IMG/VR virus record: IMGVR_UViG_3300005663_000032
DNA: 20,000 bases
Reading direction: 5' to 3' (one strand)
Origin: an uncultured virus (IMG/VR IMGVR_UViG_3300005663_000032)
Lineage: Duplodnaviria > Heunggongvirae > Uroviricota > Caudoviricetes
Position numbers and translations under genes: made by a program. Shown in pieces: positions 8,391 to 16,265 of the stretch. Under the pieces are notes generated by a model. The model saw nothing but the letters and a program-made list of their open reading frames with translations. It made no database searches and had not been told where the DNA came from. Within the stretch, counting starts at the first letter, position 1, and each line of letters starts with the position of its first letter.

Positions 8391-8424
8391 TCAATTTATA
8401 TATCAGGACATAAAAAGATATTTC
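8391..8424 (+). promoter_or_regulatory. Putative archaeal TATA-box promoter between two junction motifs
   Basis: TTTATATA at 8395-8402 lies -30 to -23 from ATG 8425. Confidence 0.55.
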
Positions 8425-8763
8425 ATGTCGGAAGAGACATTTGAGAAACAACTCTGCCAGATGTTAAAAAATCTGGAAGCTTATCGTGTTGATAATTTCG
8501 CTGGAGAAATGGCTTCATTATCTCACAAAAACGGTCTGGAACTCGATAGAATTATATTCGAGGTAAAAATATTTGACAAAGCCCTTTCAAAATTGGAGGA
8601 AAAGGATGTCAAGAACGTGGTCTCCCACTTGACCAACATAATGTGGAATTTCTATCATTTCGAGAGAAAACGAAGAGAGATTGATGATGTTCCTTCTCTA
8701 TGGCGTGTTGCAAACGGTGACATGAATCATCTTCGTGTCTTCCTAAACATGGAGCGCATTTAA
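8425..8763 (+). CDS. Hypothetical protein
   Basis: Starts at GATATTTC-ATG; stop in motif. Confidence 0.8.
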   Translation: MSEETFEKQLCQMLKNLEAYRVDNFAGEMASLSHKNGLELDRIIFEVKIFDKALSKLEEKDVKNVVSHLTNIMWNFYHFERKRREIDDVPSLWRVANGDMNHLRVFLNMERI

Positions 8764-8790
8764 TATTTCTGCCCAGTGAGGAAAATTCAT

Positions 8791-9270
8791 ATGAAAACCA
8801 TACAAAGCACATATCTAAGATATGCATTCGACAATTCCGACAAGGTATATCTCATCATGATGGAAGTAGATGATGATGAATATTATCTTGTGAAATATGG
8901 ATATGGTCGATTTGGGAGTATCCCCAAAGTTTCATACAAGGCCGCACCCGGTAATCAGACCAGAATGGCCCAAGAAACTGCTGAGAAATTATATAATAAA
9001 TTACTCAGAACAAAAACAAATAAGGGATACCAATTACAAAAAGGAACATACAGCGATGCTCTTCAAAAAGAAGGATTCAATCTTGATTATGTTCAATTGA
9101 ATGAGATGCTTGGTGGGAATACCACTACATCTCTGATAAAAGCAGGCCCTGTTCGAAAACCAAAACCTGTTACGAAAAAGAGAAGAGAGTCAAAACTGAT
9201 GCTGATCAATCTTTTATCACAACAATACTTAAGGAAGCAGAAGTGGACATGCTTTAATATTTCATGGTAG
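8791..9270 (+). CDS. WGR-domain protein (C-terminus probably frameshifted)
   Basis: SDKVY...LVKYGYGRFG...AEKLYNKLLRTKTNKGY is the WGR signature; SD GTGAGG 8776-8781 supports ATG 8791. Confidence 0.8.
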   Translation: MKTIQSTYLRYAFDNSDKVYLIMMEVDDDEYYLVKYGYGRFGSIPKVSYKAAPGNQTRMAQETAEKLYNKLLRTKTNKGYQLQKGTYSDALQKEGFNLDYVQLNEMLGGNTTTSLIKAGPVRKPKPVTKKRRESKLMLINLLSQQYLRKQKWTCFNISW

Positions 9271-9605
9271 TTCTCAGCGTAGAAGAAGAAAAACTATGTA
9301 ATGAAGGAGTTAAATTCCTACTACTCTCAAACGGGTATGAGGTGTCAGATGAACTGATCAACAAAATAGTCAGAATCGTTGAAAGATTGTCGGAGGATTA
9401 TGACAATTACGAAAAGAACGAGCGGATTCGAAACGATCCAACCGAACTAGAAAACTATCTTACAATGTACTGGAAAGCATATGGTAGGTGTAGGGAAAAG
9501 AAACAAGCTGCAAGAAGAATTTACAAAGGTTTTATTATCGATTTAACTAGCGAGGCTGAATTCAATACCGAACACCAAAAAAGATATGGAGTACCATACA
9601 ACTAA
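9264..9605 (+). CDS. Hypothetical protein
   Basis: Bounded by motifs. Confidence 0.85.
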   Translation: MVVLSVEEEKLCNEGVKFLLLSNGYEVSDELINKIVRIVERLSEDYDNYEKNERIRNDPTELENYLTMYWKAYGRCREKKQAARRIYKGFIIDLTSEAEFNTEHQKRYGVPYN

Positions 9606-9611
9606 TATTTC

Positions 9612-9842
9612 ATGGTTTGGGAACCAGAAACAAGCGATATTGATTGGACAAAAAACACACTATCTCAACTTAAAATTGGTGGAATTTGGGTATCTAGTTA
9701 TTATTCCATTAGAAAATTATCAGAAACCACTTTCGAGTTTGATCATCTAAACAAATCCCATCCAGAATTCGAATTTCATTACGATGCTATAAACAAAGTA
9801 ATGATTGAACTCGGGTGGATACTAAACGATCCTATAAAATAA
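9612..9842 (+). CDS. Hypothetical protein
   Basis: Motif start. Confidence 0.8.
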   Translation: MVWEPETSDIDWTKNTLSQLKIGGIWVSSYYSIRKLSETTFEFDHLNKSHPEFEFHYDAINKVMIELGWILNDPIK

Positions 9843-10008
9843 AAGGAGATTGAAAAATAATGGCAACAAAACAAAATTCTATTTGTTTAAATAAGAAAAA
9901 TGGTAAAACATGTTTTTATGGATTACATTCGAATAAATCTGATAAGGATATCGAAAATCATTGGAAAAAAGATAATTGTAAATCAGATTTAAAAAAGGAG
10001 ATTGAAAA
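9841..10008 (+). repeat. 16-bp direct repeat AAAAGGAGATTGAAAA flanking a small gene
   Basis: Exact copies at 9841-9856 and 9993-10008. Confidence 0.85.
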
Positions 10009-10012
10009 GTAA
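9860..10012 (+). CDS. Small hypothetical protein, 50 aa (MATKQNSICLNK...)
   Basis: SD AAGGAG 9843-9848; stop TAA 10010-10012 in motif. Confidence 0.75.
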   Translation: MATKQNSICLNKKNGKTCFYGLHSNKSDKDIENHWKKDNCKSDLKKEIEK

Positions 10013-10019
10013 ATATTTC

Positions 10020-10376
10020 ATGTCTACAATAGACGTAGAACGCAGAATCAAATCTCTACAAGAGATCGGAAAAGATTTATCATTAGAACTTATTATATTC
10101 CTTTTTGGTCTTTGGTGGCTTTATGTGGGGTCTTTAATTGGCTTCATATTCTTATCGTATAGTCTTGCAGCTATCGTTGGATATTTTGTCTTTAAGAAAT
10201 ATCTGGGGTTATATACGATCAAATACGCCGAATCAGATGAGCCTTGCGAAGATGAAAATTGTGAGGAATACCATTGCACAAAATGCGATCGACACTTCAC
10301 GGGCAGCAACCCGCAGATGAAAGATGATGAGATAGAATGTCTTCACTGTTTTGAACTGGAACAAGATTGCGGTTAA
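10020..10376 (+). CDS. 2-TM protein with C-terminal Zn finger
   Basis: Start moved to the motif ATG; hydrophobic hairpin then CTKC...CLHC. Confidence 0.8.
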   Translation: MSTIDVERRIKSLQEIGKDLSLELIIFLFGLWWLYVGSLIGFIFLSYSLAAIVGYFVFKKYLGLYTIKYAESDEPCEDENCEEYHCTKCDRHFTGSNPQMKDDEIECLHCFELEQDCG

Positions 10377-10382
10377 TATTTC

Positions 10383-10589
10383 ATGCCTAAATGGAAAAAA
10401 ATAGATGAACTCATGTTACAGATAAGTAACCGGGTTAGAACCTATTCAGTTTTCTTTGAACTCGGCTTACTCATCTATGGGGCAATAAACGGATTCACAT
10501 TGACAATCATTGCATTTCTAATAATGTTCGCTCATAGCACAACTCATGCAAACACTGAGCGATTGATAAATCAGGCCCTTGGGTCTTAA
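10383..10589 (+). CDS. Small 2-TM membrane protein
   Basis: Bounded by motifs. Confidence 0.8.
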   Translation: MPKWKKIDELMLQISNRVRTYSVFFELGLLIYGAINGFTLTIIAFLIMFAHSTTHANTERLINQALGS

Positions 10590-10599
10590 TATTTCGGCT

Positions 10600-11133
10600 A
10601 TGCCAAAATCTCGACAATCATTAATGAAGATAAATATTCGAGAATGGAGAAAGCATAGAATGTTAAAATTAACAATCGAATGTGATGCCTGTAAAACTTC
10701 CATCGATAAGAAGGGAGAATTCAAGGGCAAAACACTTGAAGAATTGAAACGCGTAATGCAAGATTCAGGATGGACTAGAACAAAAAGCGATAGCTACATT
10801 GGTCCAAAATGTGACGCACTATACACTCGTATAGATGGAATGAAACTTGGAATGGATACTGGTATCATCTCGCATGATACCAGTGATGAGAATAGGGATA
10901 AAAAACCATCTGTTGAAATCATCGGCGATGATTCTTTTACTTGGGGGTATCAATCTCGTTATTGTATTCTTGGATTTAAATCTGCAAGTGGAAAGAACTC
11001 TCATGAGAAGAAATTCCACAAAGATAAATATGTGGCACCACTACGTGGTGAGGCAAGAAAAACACAGATTAAAAAGGATAATTTTGGCAAAAGAGGTGGA
11101 AAGGGAAGGCCCGATCCAGCCTGTCAAAATTAA
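10600..11133 (+). CDS. Hypothetical protein with phage-type CxxC...GW...xPxC domain
   Basis: ATG 10600 follows the motif (ATG 10660 with upstream GGAGA is an alternative start); stop in motif. Confidence 0.7.
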   Translation: MPKSRQSLMKINIREWRKHRMLKLTIECDACKTSIDKKGEFKGKTLEELKRVMQDSGWTRTKSDSYIGPKCDALYTRIDGMKLGMDTGIISHDTSDENRDKKPSVEIIGDDSFTWGYQSRYCILGFKSASGKNSHEKKFHKDKYVAPLRGEARKTQIKKDNFGKRGGKGRPDPACQN

Positions 11134-11140
11134 ATATTTC

Positions 11141-11344
11141 ATGGTAAAGTGTCATATCTGTGGGCGTTTTGTGTCCAAAAATAAACCATGTAATCGAGTA
11201 CACAATATGGAAAAGTACTATGAAAGAATGGACGCACAACAACAATATCAAGATGATTTACACCACGAATATTTATTAGAACAAGCTGGCGGATTAGACG
11301 AAGTTCAAAGACAAGAGAGGCTGAGATATTATGGTGAAGAATAA
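11141..11344 (+). CDS. Small Zn-binding protein, 67 aa (MVKCHICGRFVS...)
   Basis: Start moved to the motif ATG. Confidence 0.8.
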   Translation: MVKCHICGRFVSKNKPCNRVHNMEKYYERMDAQQQYQDDLHHEYLLEQAGGLDEVQRQERLRYYGEE

Positions 11345-11404
11345 CTACCCCTTAGGTTTTCTAGGGTCAAATTTCCAACCAAACCAACACAAATTAAATA
11401 TTTC

Positions 11405-11953
11405 ATGGAACGACAAGACGTACCATTAGGAACTCATAAAATTGGGAACTTACTTTTCTCTAAAACCTCTCGAATGGAGCTTGGAGATCCCTGTTATGAG
11501 GGAGACAAAGTTCAAACAAATTTTGTAAGAGGCAACTACCATTGTTTTATTAATGTAGTTGAAATCGATGATTGGGGCAAAAGAGTCCAACGCATGTGGG
11601 TTGAACACGAAGACCATATTAATAAGCCGAAAAAATGGCATAGCACCGAGACAATGCTTGGGGTTGATGCGGGATTAATGTCAATCAATACTGATGGATA
11701 TCAGACTTATGATACATTTTTACCTAAACTGGAAAAAGCTGAGAAAGAACAAAATCCTTTTGCACAAATCATTGATAAAAGACATTTTGTTTCTTCGAGT
11801 GGATATGGCGATGGGAACTATCCTGTGGCAGTTTCAAGAGAAAATGGTGACATTGGGCTTATAGCTGCCTTGGGAATTGTATTTATTTACAATGAAACCC
11901 ACCCTTATTTAACTGAAGAAAAATTTGTTGCCGAACACGAAATGAATGTTTAA
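11405..11953 (+). CDS. DUF4241-like protein
   Basis: GDPCY, LGVDAGLM and SSSGYGDGNYPV motifs. Confidence 0.7.
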   Translation: MERQDVPLGTHKIGNLLFSKTSRMELGDPCYEGDKVQTNFVRGNYHCFINVVEIDDWGKRVQRMWVEHEDHINKPKKWHSTETMLGVDAGLMSINTDGYQTYDTFLPKLEKAEKEQNPFAQIIDKRHFVSSSGYGDGNYPVAVSRENGDIGLIAALGIVFIYNETHPYLTEEKFVAEHEMNV

Positions 11954-11959
11954 TATTTC

Positions 11960-12166
11960 ATGACTAAAAAACACAAATGTCCCAAATGTGGTTCTGATGA
12001 CATAGTTGCCGCGGGGGCATTGACTGTGAATTTAAAAACAGGAAAAATCCATTCAATACAGACTTTAACACATTTTGAATGTTTAGATTGTAAATTCACA
12101 GAAGACTGGATTCCACAAGATGGGTCTCCCATATTTTCTGAATTAGAAAAAGAATGGTTGAAATAA
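11960..12166 (+). CDS. Zn-ribbon micro-protein
   Basis: CPKCGS...CLDC. Confidence 0.85.
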   Translation: MTKKHKCPKCGSDDIVAAGALTVNLKTGKIHSIQTLTHFECLDCKFTEDWIPQDGSPIFSELEKEWLK

Positions 12167-12172
12167 TATTTC

Positions 12173-12448
12173 ATGTCCGAAGAGAAAAATCTCAAAGAAT
12201 TATTGAAAGAGAAACATAATACAGTAGGTCTTTCAGAAGTAATTTGCAGCGGTTGCAAAAAAGTTCTCTTGGCCGATTATGTCATCCCATCAGATGTCAG
12301 CAAATTAAGCTACCCAATAAACATCGCCTGTGGTGGGTTTATAGCAGACCATTTTCACACAGAAAAAAGATTGCTTATTACTAACGTGGGTCGTTTTCTA
12401 TGGTACAAAGATGGAGAAATTTACAAAAACATATGGGATCAACAATAA
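12173..12448 (+). CDS. Hypothetical protein
   Basis: Bounded by motifs; CSGC. Confidence 0.8.
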   Translation: MSEEKNLKELLKEKHNTVGLSEVICSGCKKVLLADYVIPSDVSKLSYPINIACGGFIADHFHTEKRLLITNVGRFLWYKDGEIYKNIWDQQ

Positions 12449-12457
12449 ATATTTCGC

Positions 12458-13318
12458 ATGGCAGGAGGAACCTCAATGCTATGTCATAAAGGTTCACCAG
12501 ATGAATTAAAACCATTTGGCGACGATACTATGGCAGAACAAAAATTTGATGGTGATCGAGTAATTGCAGTTGTCAAAGCTGGCAAAGTTGCATTACTTAG
12601 TAGAACCAACAACAACATCACTTATCGTTATCCGGAGATAATTGAACAATTAAGGAAGATAAAAAGTGATGTGATACTCGATGGTGAGATGATTGTCCTG
12701 ATCAACGGAAGAGACGAATTCAATGAGGGAATTTCCCACAGACGAAGTTTAAAATCTGAAGAGAAGATCAAGGCACGCGTGATCACTCATCCCGCAACAT
12801 ATATGGCATTTGACATATTAGTAATGAATGGTAATGAAGTAATAACAAAAACGCTGACTGAGCGAAGAAAATTACTTCAGGGGCTATTCGACAAAGAAAA
12901 ATATGATGATGTGATTAGAATATCACAACAGTTCACTGACATCCAGAAAGCATGGGATGATGCAGTTAAGAACGATCAAGAAGGAATCATTATAAAAAAT
13001 ATGTCTAGCCAGTATTCTTATGGACGATCAAGAAATTGGTTGAAAATAAAATACAATAAAGATGCCGATCTGGTATTCGATTCTTATGAAGAGAATCCTG
13101 CTGGAGGCAAATTGATCAAGACAGTCGCACATGAAGATGATGAGATAGAAATTAATCTTGAGAAAAAACCATTGCATGTACAATGTGCCGGGTTTAATTG
13201 GGCTCCAGTCAAAGCACGATTGGATTCAAATAAATCTGCAAAAATCAAAGTGCAGTATCTTGGTATTACCAAAGACAAAAGATTACGGATGCCAACATTC
13301 AAAGAGATGTTGGATTAA
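12458..13318 (+). CDS. lig: Minimal ATP-dependent DNA ligase (adenylation domain plus short OB domain)
   Basis: Motif I EQKFDGDR, III LDGEM, IIIa AFDIL, IV EGIIIK, V WLKIK, VI LRMPTF. Confidence 0.93.
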   Translation: MAGGTSMLCHKGSPDELKPFGDDTMAEQKFDGDRVIAVVKAGKVALLSRTNNNITYRYPEIIEQLRKIKSDVILDGEMIVLINGRDEFNEGISHRRSLKSEEKIKARVITHPATYMAFDILVMNGNEVITKTLTERRKLLQGLFDKEKYDDVIRISQQFTDIQKAWDDAVKNDQEGIIIKNMSSQYSYGRSRNWLKIKYNKDADLVFDSYEENPAGGKLIKTVAHEDDEIEINLEKKPLHVQCAGFNWAPVKARLDSNKSAKIKVQYLGITKDKRLRMPTFKEMLD

Positions 13319-13324
13319 TATTTC

Positions 13325-13510
13325 ATGGACAAAGATTATATTTGGACCCCAAAAAGATTTAGGTTATACTCAGCAGTGAAAACTGAACCTGATAGGTATA
13401 GGCTGGTCTTTGGCACAATAAAACCGAAATCAAAACCGCCTCAAGAAATAACTTCAACATTTATACTTAACGAAAAAGAATTTCAAAATTTAAAGAAAAA
13501 AATATTTTGA
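13325..13510 (+). CDS. Small hypothetical protein
   Basis: Motif start. Confidence 0.75.
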   Translation: MDKDYIWTPKRFRLYSAVKTEPDRYRLVFGTIKPKSKPPQEITSTFILNEKEFQNLKKKIF

Positions 13511-13622
13511 TGGGGGAGTTATTCTAATCTATCTTATAGCCAACTTAATGGGTTTTATGTGGGCACAATTATATTATCTCCCCATATTCAATACGGAGAA
13601 AAAACACATGAGAACAATTTAA
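13510..13622 (+). pseudogene. Probable frameshifted single-TM micro-gene
   Basis: ATG overlaps the previous TGA. One extra G in the G5 run would give MGGVILIYLIANLMGFMWAQLYYLPIFNTEKKHMRTI, ending on motif TAA 13620. Confidence 0.45.
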
Positions 13623-13628
13623 TATTTC

Positions 13629-13877
13629 ATGTTTTTCAAAAAAGAAAACATTGATTCTATATATACACTATTGATGCTGTTTTTGATACTTCTAATACTA
13701 CTTAGATATGTTAGAATTTTCATGGCTCTCAATACAATTTTAATTTGGGTATGGCTTGGCCTTCTGATGATTCTATCAGCGTATGGTGTCAAAAGCGGGC
13801 ATTTCGCCGAAACATTACAGAAATACGAGCAGAAATACGAGACTAAACATGCAATAAAGGAAAAAGGAGATAAGTAA
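13629..13877 (+). CDS. Small 2-TM membrane protein; near-duplicate of 5937..6158
   Basis: About 88% nt identity over the first 61 codons, then unrelated tails. Confidence 0.85.
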   Translation: MFFKKENIDSIYTLLMLFLILLILLRYVRIFMALNTILIWVWLGLLMILSAYGVKSGHFAETLQKYEQKYETKHAIKEKGDK

Positions 13878-13892
13878 TATTTCGGTGGCTGA

Positions 13893-14054
13893 ATGCGAAT
13901 AAGTAAAGACCTACCAAATCCAGATCATTTTGAAAAATGCCAAAGTTGTTTGAAATCCTATGATGCAATGACAAAAGTAGACATAGGGAAAACACGCCCT
14001 TGGAGTTTTTATTTATGTTCTGACTGTAAAGATGAATTAAAAGAAAAATTATAA
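13893..14054 (+). CDS. Zn-finger micro-protein, 53 aa
   Basis: CQSC...LCSDC; GGTGG upstream; stop in motif. Confidence 0.8.
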   Translation: MRISKDLPNPDHFEKCQSCLKSYDAMTKVDIGKTRPWSFYLCSDCKDELKEKL

Positions 14055-14060
14055 TATTTC

Positions 14061-14246
14061 ATGGCATTTACTAACAGATACCTAAAATCATTTCATTGGT
14101 TCTCACTAGGCATGGTGGTGGGTTGGGGAGTGAGTCGTCGCGCTGAAATTGAAAACTGGAATCAAGATTACATCTGGCTTATACTAATTCTAATCCCATT
14201 TTTAATGATAGGATTGGATTCTCTGCTTCCAGAGAAAAAAGATTAA
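14061..14246 (+). CDS. Small 2-TM membrane protein
   Basis: Bounded by motifs. Confidence 0.8.
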   Translation: MAFTNRYLKSFHWFSLGMVVGWGVSRRAEIENWNQDYIWLILILIPFLMIGLDSLLPEKKD

Positions 14247-14252
14247 TATTTC

Positions 14253-14435
14253 ATGGACAAAGTTCATCGAGGCGATATTATGAATGATATATCTGATAGC
14301 CTCACAGTGGAATTAAAACCTCACGAAAAATCAGTTCATTGCAATGAAAACTGTGTTACGAATGAGAAATTCGCCAATGCAATGGATAACATTTGGAGTG
14401 CAATTAAAGGCTACTTCAAAGAACAAATTGCCTAA
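14253..14435 (+). CDS. Small hypothetical protein
   Basis: Bounded by motifs. Confidence 0.8.
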   Translation: MDKVHRGDIMNDISDSLTVELKPHEKSVHCNENCVTNEKFANAMDNIWSAIKGYFKEQIA

Positions 14436-14441
14436 TATTTC

Positions 14442-14699
14442 ATGAGTATTTGTGATACCGAATACGAAACAACAAACGCAAAAGGCGATTATATTGTGGG
14501 TGTCAAATGTCCGAAAGAACACGATGACCACTGTGCGAACCACTGCCCATTGGAGGAAGATTCTAAACAACTCGAGGATACCTATGATGTTGCAGACGCA
14601 GATGAGAATGAATGCTCACTAGAGGCCACTTTTACTTGTATTTACTGTGGAAAAGTAAATCATACCAAAACAATTTATTATGCTAAAGTGGACGAATAA
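14442..14699 (+). CDS. Acidic Cys-rich small protein
   Basis: CANHC, CIYC; bounded by motifs. Confidence 0.8.
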   Translation: MSICDTEYETTNAKGDYIVGVKCPKEHDDHCANHCPLEEDSKQLEDTYDVADADENECSLEATFTCIYCGKVNHTKTIYYAKVDE

Positions 14700-14706
14700 T
14701 ATTTCT

Positions 14707-15192
14707 ATGCCAGATGACATGAACAACTGTGGAAGCTGTCAAAACTTAACTTTTTTTATATCTGCCTGTTTTCATTGTGAGGCTAAAATTTGTAGAGAAT
14801 GTTATCGAAATAACCATGGAGATAATTGCTTATATAATCAGTACAAACAAAAAACTATTCAGACAGAAAAAGAAAAAGAAAAATGGCGACCTCTCACAGA
14901 AGAAGAACTTGTGACATATGAACGGAATAGAAAATCACAGATTAACTATACCGAAAACATGATCGAGAATGATAAACTCGATATTGAGAAATATTATCGT
15001 TGGATTAAAAAAGATAAGGAATTAATGAAAAAAATTCCAAAGCGAATCAAGGCTCGAAAACGAGCTATTGAGAAAAAAAGAAAAAGACTCGAATACTCCG
15101 AAAAAAGCCTTGAACATCATAAAAAACCAATTGATTACAAAAAATTGGAAATAGCCGATGATGGCTATATTACTAAATACAAACACGAATAA
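14707..15192 (+). CDS. N-terminal Zn finger plus basic coiled-coil protein
   Basis: Start moved to the motif ATG; CGSC, CFHC, CREC..H..C. Confidence 0.8.
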   Translation: MPDDMNNCGSCQNLTFFISACFHCEAKICRECYRNNHGDNCLYNQYKQKTIQTEKEKEKWRPLTEEELVTYERNRKSQINYTENMIENDKLDIEKYYRWIKKDKELMKKIPKRIKARKRAIEKKRKRLEYSEKSLEHHKKPIDYKKLEIADDGYITKYKHE

Positions 15193-15239
15193 TATTTCAT
15201 TAATTGCGGAAAAAGAAACTGCAAGAAAATTAATATTTT

Positions 15240-15764
15240 ATGCTACATAAAGTGGTATTATTAGACTATAAACCTACAATAAAATATCCGAATCGCAACC
15301 TATATGGTATTTTATATATTCTGATAGGCGGGGGATTATTTAAAATCTCTCAAACAAATACGGTTGTAGAATCTGGACGATATTTTATATACATTGTTAT
15401 ATTTATGCTTATATTTATGCTTATATTTATGCTTGATGATGATAATTTGTCTGAAGAAACTATAAACAACCATCGAAAAAACGCCTTCAACATGATTGTA
15501 GATTTTTTGATAATTATCTATAATGATTTCTCAAAAGAGGGCGAATTTGCAGATAAATATGAACTATATGATATGTATCTGTTTACTAAAGACATAGGGG
15601 TAAATGATTTCGATAACCCAGTCATGACAAAAGATCATTTCTTTGACATGATTCAATTCTATATGACTCATCTAGACGTGGGGCTGCAATTGATAAAAGA
15701 TTGGAAAAAAATTGATAAACTCGATAATCTTAAGCAACTGGTAAAACTAAAAAATATCGCATAA
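15240..15764 (+). CDS. Membrane protein; paralog of 2087..2680
   Basis: Shares the C-terminal domain; starts at variant motif TAATATTTT-ATG. Confidence 0.8.
   Translation: MLHKVVLLDYKPTIKYPNRNLYGILYILIGGGLFKISQTNTVVESGRYFIYIVIFMLIFMLIFMLDDDNLSEETINNHRKNAFNMIVDFLIIIYNDFSKEGEFADKYELYDMYLFTKDIGVNDFDNPVMTKDHFFDMIQFYMTHLDVGLQLIKDWKKIDKLDNLKQLVKLKNIA
15399..15434 (+). repeat. In-frame 12-bp tandem repeat ATATTTATGCTT x3 (IFML x3)
   Basis: Three perfect copies. Confidence 0.95.
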
Positions 15765-15784
15765 TGTTTGATGAATAATATTTC

Positions 15785-16246
15785 ATGCCTTATTATGGCG
15801 GCCTCTTGCTAGGCTATCAAGTAAAGACCGAACTCGAAGCAAATGCCCTATTTGAGAAAATGGGTATTCGTAGTACAGATTACGAACGTTTCAAGAGTTT
15901 AAGAGATGTTCAACTGAATATACTGGAGTTGATTTCAACCCATTCACGTGAACAATTGGAGACAATTGTAGAAGATTCTACAAAAGGACAACGGAAGTAC
16001 AAAATCTCAGAGCTTACTTTTTGTGCATTTGGTAGTTCAGAACTCGAAGACATATATCCACAAGATTTTGTATTCGGAGTTGAATTGATTTCCCGATATT
16101 TTCCTATTTTATTAGATTGGCAATTAGAACATGGTGGAACTGGTGAAGCATTTGAAATCAATGATAAAGTATTGATACAGGTGATAACTGAACTTAGAAA
16201 AGTAATGCCTGATGCTCAACTTTTTATTAAAACAGAATTCGCATAA
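15785..16246 (+). CDS. Hypothetical protein
   Basis: Motif start; 153 aa. Confidence 0.85.
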   Translation: MPYYGGLLLGYQVKTELEANALFEKMGIRSTDYERFKSLRDVQLNILELISTHSREQLETIVEDSTKGQRKYKISELTFCAFGSSELEDIYPQDFVFGVELISRYFPILLDWQLEHGGTGEAFEINDKVLIQVITELRKVMPDAQLFIKTEFA

Positions 16247-16265
16247 TATTGATGGATAATATTTC

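Noticed and set aside
10847..11140. Long overlapping frame fused to 11141..11344
   Set aside because: It overlaps 10600..11133, which stops exactly in the motif, and it reads through that motif. Probably a chance open frame, although unusually long.
11347..11367. Hairpin CCTTAG-GTTTT-CTAGGG as a terminator
   Set aside because: Only a 6-bp stem with a G-U pair and no downstream U tract; too weak to call.
808..15434. Assignment to Borg-type elements on the basis of tandem repeats and single-strand coding
   Set aside because: Only two short tandem repeats and no marker genes; insufficient evidence.
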